A DNA stretch of 59,132 bases, counting the filler, from Sphacelaria rigidula (Eukaryota): NCBI GenBank assembly GCA_964200075.2. It is 6 parts of 6 records of this genome, joined end to end, with 100 filler letters (N's around TTAATTAATTAA, not from the genome) between each part and the next. Parts side by side here need not be neighbours in the genome. Positions count along the whole stretch, not along the records: positions 29,619 to 39,390 come from CAXNAA020007796.1; positions 39,491 to 49,261 come from CAXNAA020007797.1; 4 more parts are not named here. One strand, 5' to 3'. Under the pieces are notes generated by a model that saw nothing but the letters and a program-made list of their open reading frames with translations, was not told the origin of the DNA and made no database searches. This document shows, one piece after another, positions 34,712-47,400 of the stretch (position 1 is its first letter; each line of letters begins with the position of its first letter). A program made the position numbers and the translations under genes.

Positions 34712-37358
34712 AAAACCAAGTCGCAACAATGGAGTTGCAAAAATGGAGTCGCAAAAAAGCGGTCAGTCGAATTTTTACTCGCAGCAGAAGCCAAATTCAT
34801 TTTGTGAAATCGGAAAAGCGTATCGGGCCTCGAGGGAGGGCATTTTGGAAGTGAAAATATTAATTCGTTAGTTGACCGCTCCTTACTCTGAATCGTATCG
34901 TCTACTCTCAATCTCACGAAAAACTGTTACACACGTTCTCGAGGTAATTTGTTGGAATAACACCGCTAAAGATCACTACCGTAGGGAAAAAGGAAAAAAT
35001 GAAGGTGAAAGCGCGAACATAGTGAACGAAAAGCAGAAGAGGGAAGGGAGAATAGGATGAGAGAATGTAGGGTAGTATCTAGAAACAGTCCCCCAGAAAA
35101 TTTCGAAAATACGATATACGGAAAATGACCGGCCTCTTGTCATATGGCTTCAGGTAAAGAGGTGTACAAAAACAGAACTATACAGAGCACAACAAAACAG
35201 GACAGAACAAGACTGTTGAAACAGGTTCCGACTCAGATATCTAAGCACCACACACCACTCAAGTATCCAAAGCGGCGCTGTTTGGGTAGAACCCGCGAGC
35301 TCGTCGGGGGTGAAATACCAACACTGACAGGTAAATTTTTACAATCTCGCATGTGCTCGGAGTACCGAGCGCGGACCCTTGCGACGGGCCAGCCACTCTG
35401 GGTGTAATGGTTCAATCCGGCAAGTAAGCAGCCGCTTCAAATCATGTGGCTTAGAGGGAATACGCTCAAGAAGACGCGTTGAATTATCCGAATGAACCAA
35501 CGAGCAAAGCACATTGCGGACGCACAAGCACACATACCGAACAATGCCAGCCATGCCAGCCATGCCAAGCAACTTGACATAAATATGACGGCAACATCAC
35601 GGTGCTCATGAGGATATGTCTACAACGCAGCACGGTAGCGGAGAGAGAAAACTCCCGCTTGACTGTACTCTCTATCCGTGCCAACGCATGGCCACACACG
35701 ACATATAAATGACACACGAGGTACTGAAATATAGACAAGGTAACACAGCCAATACCCGATCGATGGTTCGTGATAATTTTATGTAGAATTCATGGAGTTT
35801 TCGCATGATCATATCTGGGGGCTGCACCTGCACCTGAGGGGCATTGCTGGCGGCAGAGGAAGCACGGGATTTGTTCCCATCGTGATTGATTTTACTCCAG
35901 CGTTGAGGTTACCCGTTCAAATAACCGTTTGTCCGCACTCCGGAGAAACATTGGGCGCGCATGCAAAACTCGATTTGCCCACCCGTACGAGAAAATACCT
36001 TGGGAGCTTTACGATCACACTGTGTGTAATTAATGTAGATTCCAAGCCCACGCGCATGATTTGAGGATCGTGTTCGGGGGCCGAATTTCCGCTTCTTCTC
36101 TGCCACCAGGTATGGACGAAATACTCATCGCTAATTTTATTCCGGGTGATGGTGTTCGCATACTCTGACAATGAAACACAAGGCACTCTTCTTGAGTCAT
36201 GCCATAATAAACCGCTCTGATACGGGGGTAAGCGTCCACACAACTCAAGTGCGTGAACAGCAGCCAGCACCTTGGTTCAGGCAGATAACAGTCGTATAGA
36301 ACACGTCTTGATTATCTCCCTTCACCCTGTTTACTCACTCAGATTCTAATCAACCTCATTCAGTCACACAATAACACACGCTCAATCTCTCCCGCTCACT
36401 ACCACACACACGGACTCACCACATACACTTATGCAAACCCCCGGGGCAAGGCAGACAGATGGCACCTAGAACCTGACCGGACTGACGGACGGTGGGCGTC
36501 AGGCAACTCAGTTTCCCGGACTACACACGTAACCGTACTCGCATAGCCTACGTCATTAGACATTATTCCTCTGATTGGTTACCTATTCCTCCGCAATCGC
36601 AACATGGTTGATGCCACTTGTGCCGCACTAAATCCTACATCAATCTTGTTCATGACAGAGCGTGAGCATATCCAATTAGCCCCCCTGTTCACGGCTCAGT
36701 CATTGACTTGAAAACCTATACAGTTGAAAATCGGAATGGAAAGATAACAACCCCTCACAAAAATGAAAGTATCTTAAGTCATGCTCGAACTCCACAAATG
36801 GTTCATATTCAATTATGCCACGGTAGGGGTCGCTCATACGAGCCCGAATGTTTCTCATGAAGGGGCTCCTCAAGTCAGGAGCTGCCAAGAACATGGGCCA
36901 GTACATTCCCGTTTTAATATCCATTCAAAACGTCCCTAGCACATTGGAACGCTACAATCATGGCGTGCTCTCACATACTCCAGGACTCGTTTTTTTGGAT
37001 GAGATGAAGGGCTCTTGACAATTCAAACTTGACATAAATACTTTGTGTACCGCTTCCGTGATATGACTCTCTCCTGCATTGTTTCTCAACGCGAGCAACC
37101 CCCTCCGAACCTATTAGAAGTGAAATGTCTAAGAAATTAAGCATCATGCAGGATACACCGGATTCATGTTGTATGACTACAGCTCCAAATTCCAGCACCT
37201 GCTGATACGTAATGATTAACCCGTCTCTTTCGTAGCAACAAGTTCAGATTACTTCGTACGACAAAAACCCTGGCAAATGTCCGGTGAGGACACGACGTAG
37301 GCATGCCATGGCACACATTCATGTGAATTTAAAACGGCAGTCAGTGATGTCTAGAGCA

Positions 37359-37660
37359 AACAACGTTTTCGTGAGATTGAGATTAGAGCACTGGTTGAGA
37401 GTGGCTTTGATCACTCGCTTTAGCTTGGACAAATTTTCAGTCCGTGTGGGCTTTTCTTTGCCTCTATCTATTATTGCGTGAGCTCACAGCTACTCGTCGA
37501 TATTCTACTCAGGGATATTAAGGGCCCTAGTGGCAAGTTACGAGAGAAAGCATGTCGGGCATCGTGGAGCGGTATTTCGGAACTGAAATGATTCATTTAC
37601 TAATTTACCGCTTTTCACTCTCAATGGTATCCTCGACTCTCATTTTCACGAAACCACTGT
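37359..37660. mobile_element. MITE family B
   Basis: Colinear with 6799-7098. Confidence 0.8.
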
Positions 37661-39490
37661 CAGCAATGCCCCTGTCATGGGAAACGCATTATAAACAGAA
37701 GCCGTCTTGACTCAACACGCGCCGGCGACCACGACAGAAAACTACCAAATGGCAACCTGCAATCACCCGCCAGCAAGTTCGAGCGTTGTTCCACCCATAA
37801 ATTTACCGATCGAATTCTGCGGTATAACCGTGTACTCGGAATTTATTTGGAGCAGAAAAAATGTTACAGTTCCCTCTCGCTGATCACAACATTTGGAACA
37901 CTATACTCGTGAGATTCAGAACGTAGTTTCAGATTCAGAGTGGATGTTCTAGCGTTCCTAACAGGCAACGCTTTATTTTATTTTTTGCTTGAGCAGACGT
38001 GCTGTGCATGCAGCTATCGTACAGTACCCCATTCGAGGAATTCGGCGGTCTGATTGGTGAGATACCGCACAACGCATTTTTACGCCTGGGGGGAATTTCG
38101 AAACTGAAACTGTTTCAGGCATTAACCGGTTTTCCCTGAAAGAGGGGATCTTTCGTTGCAATGGACTACGCCGTTGCGATCAAGTGATGTGTCAAATTGA
38201 TCGTGTAGGTGACAGCTTCCATGAAAGCCACCGCTTCACCAGCTAAGCGCATTACTCCTTGGACTGTGGCGATGTCAAGATTGATAAGAAAGTCGATTGT
38301 TTCGGGTCTCACTCTGAATTTGAAACTACCCTCTGGATCTCACGAATGTAGTGTTTTGGGCGCTAAATAACTCCTTACGATGGCACAACGAAACATGATT
38401 TTTCCGGTGTTGAATTTACTCAGTCCATGTGACTGCTGGTGATATTATTTGTCGACGGTCGCGCTGCAGGCACACAAAAAATGGAAAGGAACAAGTCCTG
38501 CGAGAAACACCACCGGTTGTCGAGCAAGTTTCAGGTAGTAACCAAAGCCTTGTTGCATCACACCAAAGAAGCGAAGCGCGTATCTTGACAGCGGGCAGTC
38601 TCAGCCCTCGAATTCTTCTGCAGCGAGAAGCGTAGAATGTAAACAATATTTTCGTGAGATTGAGAATCTACGATACGATTGAGAGCAGGCTTTTCATGGC
38701 TTTCAGCGGCTGGGTGTGTCTGCATCATTAATGGACAAAACGCTTACCTCGCACATTGGTGCAAAATCCTGCCGGCAAACCCAACAATGTTTCCGTGAAA
38801 TCGAGCGTCGAAAGTACGATCGAGAGTGAGGTTTTATTCATAACATGTCTCGCTGCGCCGGTTCCGATAATGAGACGAAAAGTTCACATGTGTAGCATGT
38901 TGGAACATTCCTGCCACCCGTTCCCTGAATGGAATGGCAGAATAATGTTGGACAATGTTGCGCGCTGGCCCACAGGCGTGCATTGTGGGAAAATGCACCG
39001 TTCAAGAGGTCTCCGAAGTAGTGTGAGTCGTGCGCTTCGAGAAAAAGATACGATTTAGCCAGGTTGTGCCCGAATTCATTCGCAAATGCAGTTGATGCCA
39101 CCATTCGTGTGGACTTGGGGCTCGTGGATATCTTGAAATCACGTTTCTGTTCAAAACTTTCGCCGCAGTTTCCGTCGTTGTTTTTGAAAGCGCAAGTCAT
39201 CGCGTGTGATATGACTGCTGATATCCCGCCTTTTCGTGCCGAGAAAAGTCGCAAAACGTGGTGGGACCCTGGATTCTGTTCCATCATCTCACCCTCGATG
39301 GCAGCGGGTCATAACAAATTCTCTTGCACGAAGCCAATGGAGCGCCTCCCGTCTATGAACTGCAGCAAATCGATTTTGCCAGGGACTCTCNNNNNNNNNN
39401 NNNNNNNNNNNNNNNNNNNNNNNNNNNNNNNNNNTTAATTAATTAANNNNNNNNNNNNNNNNNNNNNNNNNNNNNNNNNNNNNNNNNNNN

Positions 39491-40275
39491 TCCAATACCT
39501 ACCGTACCCGCCCAATCCGGTATTTTCAAAACTCATACCTACGATACCTACGTATACCACGGTATGGGATTTACGCTCGGTACGGTACCTTACCTACGGT
39601 GCCTGTGAAAACTTCGACTACCCAACGTGCAACCAGATCTGAAACGCTTCGCACTGCCAGACGGCAGTTTTGAATTCGGTGTAGAGGGTGAGGCAGGTAC
39701 CCGGTACCGGTATTCGGGACATCTCATACCCTACCGATACCGACCCAATCCGGTATTTTCGAAACTCATACCTACGATACCGACGATACCAGGGTATTTT
39801 GAAACTTCAATACCCACCGTACCTGCTAAATCCGGTATTTTGAAATGTCATACCTACAATACCTACTTGTACGATACCAGGGTATTTCGAGATGTCAATA
39901 CCCACCGTACCCGCCAAATCCGGAATTTTCAAAACTCATACCTACGATACCTACGATACCAGGGTATTTTGATATTTCGATACCTACCGTACCCGCCCAA
40001 TACGGTATTTTCAAATGCCATACCTACGATACCCACGATACCAGGGTATTTCGAGATTTCAATACCTACCGTACACGCCCAATCCGGTATTTTCAAAACT
40101 CATACCTACGATACCCACGATACCAGGGTAACTCGAGATTTCAGTACCTACCGTACCCGCCCAATCCGGTATTTTGAAATGCCATACCCACGATACCTTC
40201 GCATACCACGGTATGTGATACCCCGGGGAATACCGGGGGTACGCTCGGCACGGTACCTTACCTACGGTGCCTGTG
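39491..40275. mobile_element. Composite hAT-type element with ~82-bp internal tandem repeats (left end cut by contig start)
   Basis: TACCTACCGTACCCGCCCAATCCGGTATTTT units; TIR ACCTTACCTACGGTGCCTGTG at ~39587-39607 and 40255-40275; inverted copy at 46816-47741. Confidence 0.8.
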
Positions 40276-41407
40276 AAACGAACCGCATTTGCGGGGGTCA
40301 TTACCAGCAGGCACTTGCTCTTGAGTAAGCATTGTCAAGCATCAAATCTCGACAAGTGTAAGAGCCAAATATTTGCGGCCTTCAGGCTCTTGTGGGGTGC
40401 AAAGGTGCGGGAATTCGGATCTGACCTGTGGCGAGATTCGACAATTGACGAGATTTACACAAAAGCGTGTCCGCTAGAAATGGCCCCGAGCGAGCACGGA
40501 TAATGTCGACGATGTGGCAGCGCAGCCCCAGCATCGTCAAGTTGTGAGGTTTTCATATTGAGCACATACGTGTAGGATTTCCCGCTTTGACGTCTTCGAT
40601 CTCCGATATATGACGGGAAATCTGCCCTGTGTATGTTCAAACATTGGCTTTTGATATTGTCGTCTTTGCACTGACTGCCACGTGCCGTTTTCGCCCTACG
40701 CGACATGAAACCCTGTTCATGTCACACTTCATAACCATGCGGATCCCTCAGTTATCAATATCGGCTTTCTTATTTTCTGTTGAACTGCTATATTCCCGAC
40801 GCCAGCTTTTCAGAACCACTGCAGCAGGAGCGGGGATCTTGGTGGAAAGGCTTGTCGGAGAGCAGGCACTACGGATACGCGTGTTGCGGCAGAGAAGATG
40901 CCGTCAGCGAGACGGAACGCACACTCCATTCGTAACCCCTCAAAAGCTTGGTATTTTTCCCAAGTGCTGCATGGGTCATTCTGAATTGTCGCGCAATTTT
41001 CCGAGAAAACAAGGTAACGCTACCCTTTCATCCTGCATCGCCCGTACGTCGCCTTTGGTACAGACCACTGCTCAGTGACACTTCCGTACCCCTTCTTCTA
41101 TTGCGGTTGCGCATTTGATGAACCTACTTCTTTTACTGCTGTTGCGCATTTGATGTACACACTGCGAAGCAAGTATACAATGTCTAACCTTCGGAAGCAC
41201 GCTACGTGGAGTACATCTGTCATGAAATCCACCAGATATCCGATGCAGCAGCCCCGCCCTTCTGCGTGACTTTGTCGCTTTATCATACCTACTTGCTTGA
41301 GTGTGACAGCTCCACACTCTTCACACTGTGGGAGCTCTACACTCTACAAAGACGTCCGCGACCGTACGTTGATGAAGAATGAAAGCAAGTCCTTTAAAAT
41401 CTTGTAA

Positions 41408-44400
41408 CTAGCGAGATTCTTTGAAGTCGACCTCCTTGTCCATGGGCCATTCCACGGTGTACTCCAGAGGGATCTGGATCTCGCCTTGGGGGGCTACTTT
41501 CACCACCCACGCCTGACACATATCGGAGACGTTGCAGGACACAGGTGGGCACGATTAATCAGTGACAAACCACGGGCTGGAATGTTGCAATCAGCTAATG
41601 TGAGATAATCAATCAACGAAATCAATCAATGCCACGGCACGTGACATATATTTATGCTCCTGCAGACCAGGCGCAGCAGCTGCGACTGCCTCATGCCGTG
41701 TAACATGAGCTCTAAACCTCGCGGATCCCGAAGACTTCAAACGGTGGCATTCTCGGAAACGATTTTGCCTATGGACCTTTTCTGTACATACGCGACCACA
41801 CATGAGAAATCGAGTAGCGCAATTGTTTGACATGCGCTGCGAAGAACAAAAGAAGCCGGTCCTTCAGTTTTGTCAATGTTTCTGCACGTCTCTGCGTACC
41901 ATACAGTGCGACAACACACACATTCAAGCGTGGTAAAAAGTGCATGTATTCGTGGTCGGATAAACTGGCATCGCGGCCTGCCTCTGTTTGTTGTTGGCTC
42001 GAGTTGATTTTTCCTCGTGGTCGTACTTCTGTGCGCGCGTCCGACCAGGAATACAGAATCAGTGGTTCCTCACAAGCACTACACCTCTTACGTTTGGAGA
42101 TGTTCACGAGGATCAAATGTAAATGACACAAAACACCTGCATGATTTCAACAACGAAACGCATGCGTTTTTATCCACGTAAAGCCAAACGTTCACCAGCA
42201 TGACCTCCCAAACCTCCCTGTATCCCATACACTCTACAACAGCATTTGCTGCGAACTTCCTGCGCTCACCAGGTGGTTCGACGAGTTCTTGCTCACACTC
42301 AGCACGCCCGTCTTCACCGGACCAGCAACAACTGGGAGGCCGCTGCTGTGTACCGGAGATTTCTCTAGCGCTTCGGCAACGAGTTGCTCGTCGTTGATGG
42401 CATCGGACTCTTGGACAATCGCCGGAGCGGGCTGCTGTAGCGATACCTGTAGTATTGAGGGGTTGACAGGTCAGATTTTATGCATACCTTGTTTGAATGG
42501 GCGCTGAGAAATCAGCGACTATGGTAGCTACTGTGTTGAAACGTAATCGACGTTATTGCGCCGATCTGCTCTCGCGCATTGTCAATGATTTCAACAGCAT
42601 CTAGGATTCGCTGTTTGATTTCCCACGATTAGCGATAGCCTGTTGGGTGCGAGCTGACCTCGTGTTCGTGCACATGTATGTTTGCGAGCGGATTCAAGTC
42701 TGTGAGGCAACTCAATGCGATAAACGACGAGGTATTTCGGAGTTGATTTTTCAACAATGTATTCGACTGTCTCGACTAGGTTAAGGTGGCAGCCGGCGAG
42801 GTCGTGGGGATATATCTCCGAATACCATGTTCCTTTTTGTTTTTTCTTAGAGCGTATTTCAGATTCGTTTTTCTTGGGTACGTCTATCATGAGATCACGG
42901 CTAGACCCCTGGGGGTCAGTTCAAGTGCGACAATCAATAAAAAAAAACATGGGATGTGAGGGCGAGGCTGGCGCTCTTTGCTCCCCCCCCACTTCGGTGC
43001 TCCGTCTCGAAAGGGATGCGTGGTCAATGGTCAAACGACTAAGGCAAGCAACAAATGAGTACGCCCCCCCCCCCCACTTCGGGCAGTTTTTTTTCCTTCA
43101 CTTCTAACGTGATAAGCACCAGGGCATCTAATCTTCGAAGTTTTTCAATTACCTTCCGCCAACTATGGGTTCATGGGTGAGGCCCCACTGGGCGATCCAG
43201 TCTGAGGTTACATCAAATCGATAGGTATACCGTAGTGTCTGCACGCTGAAAATTGCCCGCCGGTGCTATAAAACCCTAGAGAATTGTAGAAATATGTGCT
43301 ATCACCATCCGTTACATCCTGCATGGAGTTTGAGGAGTGTAGATGGATATTGGGGGGGGGGACGCCGAGGCGTGCCTTCCAGTGCCCTCGCTAGAAGACG
43401 AACTTTCACCGTGCTCCGAGTCTACAACATACATGGTTCGACCCGTCAATGCTCAGGAACTGCTACATGGGCTCAGGCACCGCCATCTCCTCTACAGTCG
43501 CTTCCAACTTCTAATACCATCGACGATGTACGATGTAAAATAATCCAGAAAGCAGGGACTAATCACAACAGTTGAGCATCTGACGAACACCTTTTGATTC
43601 AGTAGATGGTTCTCTTGTGAAGTACTTGGAGAATGACAGAAACGTGCAGGATTGGTCACAGGTTTTGTTCAAGTAGCAGTCATCGCGGTACAATAGCACA
43701 CCAGTACAATACGCACCTTGATTACATCATCGGCCGAGCGCGGACTGGCGTCCACGACGACGCAAGTGACGGGCACCCTCTTGCTGTTCGAAATAGATGT
43801 GCTGCATTTATGTGTTCATTCGAGGATGGAAGTGGGCATGAGGATTGGCGAGGAGGGGCGGGGGGGGGAAGGGGAGGGGGTTACTCATGGTTTTGCATGC
43901 CGAAGTCACATGACCACTGAACTCACATCCCCACCAAGCCGGGACGGAACATGTCGAGTTTCGCCGGATCAGGCTCGCAATCAGTCACCAAGCGCGAAGC
44001 GCCGTGATATGTCCGACGAGTCGCACGAAGGGTGTGAGCAGCATCCTACCGAGACTTTTCGACCCGAAGCGTACTGATTATCTTCCATATGGATGTCAGC
44101 CTCCAGTGCGTTGCTGCATTTTCTGGTATCTTCACCTCCAGAGACAACCACGGGTTATACTGTCGCATGGGTGTCTCACCACATTGAAACACTACGTTGT
44201 ATTATCATTTCCTTCGGTTCAGATTCTCCAGCCCTCGCCCAATATGATGTAAGTCGATCACCATCATGGACACCACTAAAAACGCGAGCGCAAGAAATCC
44301 CGGGGTAATTTCGTTGCCTAGCTTACGCAGGAGCGGCGTGTTCTACAACGTCGTTGCCAACCGACGCCAACCCTCAAAAGGGGTGGGTTGGCGAGATGGA

Positions 44401-47400
44401 GGGAGGGAGGGGGAGGGGGGGCGGGGAGTGGGTTTCATTCGCCGCAAAGAATGCTGACGCCAACAACAAAATAAATTTTTTTCAAAGGGGTGACGGGATA
44501 TCGAGTCAGTGTAGGGTACACGTCAAAAAGTCAAAACGACACCTTCGTCCGACGATAGTCGAAGTTGAAAGCACACACACATACACAAACACACACACAC
44601 AACCATTTCGGGCAACTTTTCCCCCTGGTCTTAGAATAGCATGGGGCACGTAGGTGCGGACTAAATATTGTTTCAGGTACCCTTGCCCCAGTTCTGACTG
44701 AAATCTTCGCAGCGACAATAGTTCGAGAGAGCGCAGCGACTACTACTCCGAAGTGCGATGCTATAGGTAGTGACGACTACACGTGTTCCACCTCCACCTT
44801 GGGAGCAGCTCGACTATTTCACTCACCTGTGCGCGTGTACGACTTGATGCGACTTGCCAAAGATGCCCTTCCGTTTCTTGGTCTTACGGGGGGGCGCTAC
44901 CTTCGTCTAAGCATCCAGAGGGCGTTAAAGTCGGGCGGGAAAAGGGAAGAGGAAAGCGTACGATGCAAGGGGGTTGACATAATTGCGGTCATGTCACCAA
45001 ACCCAGCCAGTCAAACTACCCCTAACCATAGCCCTTAACCTCAAGGCAGAAAATATCTCAGATGGATATCATACGTGGATCTGACCATTCCAGACGGACA
45101 TCCCGGATGAATGTGATGTCCCAGCGGGATATTACACGTGGATATGGACATCCAAAATTGATCTCCCAGATAAATGTCCTCATCCCAGACCAATGCTGTG
45201 CGACAATGGAAGGCCATACTACCTTCCTCCTGTTCCGTATTGTGGGGGATGTCCCGAGTGGAGATTCATACCCCAGGCGGTCGTCCATCTCGAAAATCAC
45301 CAGGTGCTTATAGACATCCCAGATTGATTTGGTATTCCATACGAGCACGGTTGTCCGAGTTGGACATCCGGAGTGGACATCCACACTGGATATCCCAGCT
45401 GGACCATGACATCCCAAATCCAGTAGGGATATCCCAGATAGGTAGATATCATGCCCCAGGTGGAGGCCACACGATAATATAGGTCTTCCTGAGGTGGCGC
45501 AAAAGTTTTCTTTGAAATTTCTATGTTACAACCACGCTGCTGCGAATCACCAACCACGAAATCTATCGTGCACAAATAGTGAAGAGGAAATAGTAATATA
45601 ATGAGAAAGCCATGCACCCTTTAATATGTTGTGATCGTTTCGCCGATGCCCCTGGCGCGGGCCGGACCACAATGAAACACGCTACCCCCGATGTTGTGCG
45701 CAGATTGTACAGCGTGGTGGACAGGAAAAATGGCGAGTAATCACCACGGGAAACCCAACTTTGGAGCCAGAAGGGTAGATCAACTCATCGTGGTCATACC
45801 TTAACGGCGGGATCAACGCCGAGGAACGTCTGGAAAGACTCGCCGGGAGAGACAGACCTCAGGTTGGTCTTGGCCACAAAGCTGTTGTCGAAGAATATTG
45901 ACACGTTTGCACTTGCCAGCAGTAAGTAGTCCGTGTTGTTCGTCGCCTGAAGATTGTCACGCCCACCAGCGCAGACAGGATCAGTCAGAGAAAGTGCAGA
46001 TGGTATCGTCCATGGTAGTGCTGCTGCGAAACTTGGCGAGTGGTTCAATATCCACGGTAGAGTCCGTTTATATTGAATGATCGCATGAAAACGGTTCAAT
46101 CTCCACGACGTATGCACCAGGTGCACCGTGCTGCACCACAGCATAACATCAGTACACCTGGTGCGAACGAATATCAGGTCCGCGTCCGCACCGTCGGAAG
46201 ATGGACAGCGGTCAAGTGAAAAAGATACTCGCAAGATACCTCCTAAAGTCGGAATGAAGGCAGGAGGTCAGATGTTTCTGTACCCGTGGTGACGCTGCTC
46301 GTTGAACTTGATGCAAGAGATGCGGTTCAACTTCCGCTTACACGTTGGATCATGGAAAGCTGCTCGACATCCTCGACAACCCGACTTCGCACCTCGACCC
46401 TAGGATGTGGGCCAGTCTAGAAACGTTTTTGACCGTTGTAGGCAATTTAGCAGCTCGGTTTCGAAAGTTATGCATCGAAAGTTTGATCCGGAAATCAAAG
46501 TGACACAATAAAAAAAAGGGCCCGAAGACATCAAGTTTGTATTCTTTTTGAGTTAGGGCCAACAAACGAGATCCATTTGTGACAACAAAGTCCTTTATCC
46601 ATGAAACAAAAACATACTCAATGTCGTCAGGCACGTTTTTGTATAATGCCCTTGCGATTCCCCACACAAATGCCGAAGCACAACTCTCAACCGGAGCTGC
46701 GAAATCAAGATATACAGGCTGAACCAGCCGCGAAACGGAGCTGTATATTACATCTAAGCTGTGCGTTGCATCCGGATTAACCAGCTTAGTTTTGACAGGT
46801 GTGCTTTTAAACTTGCACAGGTATCGTAGGTAAGGTACCGTACCGAATGTACCCCTGGTATTCACCGGGGTATCCCATACTGTCGTATGCATAGGTATCG
46901 TAGGTATAACATTTCAAAATACCGCATTGGGCGGGTACGGTAGGTATTGAAATCTCGAAATACCCTGGTATCGCAGGTATCGTACGTATGGTATTTGAAA
47001 ATACCGGATTTCGCAGGTACGGTAGGTACTGAAATTTCGAGATACCGTGGTATCGTAGGTATCGTAGCATGAGTTTCGAAAATACCGGATTGGGTCGGTA
47101 TCGGTAGGGGATGAGATGTCTCCAATACCGGTACCGGGTACCTGCCCCACCCTCGATATCGAATTCAAAACTGTCATCTGGCCGTGCGAAGCGTTTCAGG
47201 TCTGGGTGCAAGTTGGGCAGTCGAAGTTTTCAGAGGCACCGTAGGTAAGGTACCGTACCGAGCGTAAATCCCATACCGTGGTATCCCATACCGTGGTATG
47301 GGTAGGCATCGTAGGTATGACATTTCAAAATACCGGATTGGGCGGGTACGGTAGGTATTGAAATCTCGAAATACCCTGGTATCGCAGGTACCGTAGGTAT

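Noticed and set aside
35214-36556. Copia LTR/gag remnant (TGTTG...CAACA)
   Set aside because: No matching TSD, second LTR, primer-binding site or convincing gag motif.
39491-40275. CRISPR-like array or repeat-protein ORFs (39627-40328, 47174-47908)
   Set aside because: Units are contiguous with no unique spacers and no cas genes; they lie inside a TIR/TSD-bounded element, and the ORFs are by-products of stop-poor repeats.
45001-45042. Interstitial telomeric repeat
   Set aside because: Only two or three degenerate CCCTAA-like units.
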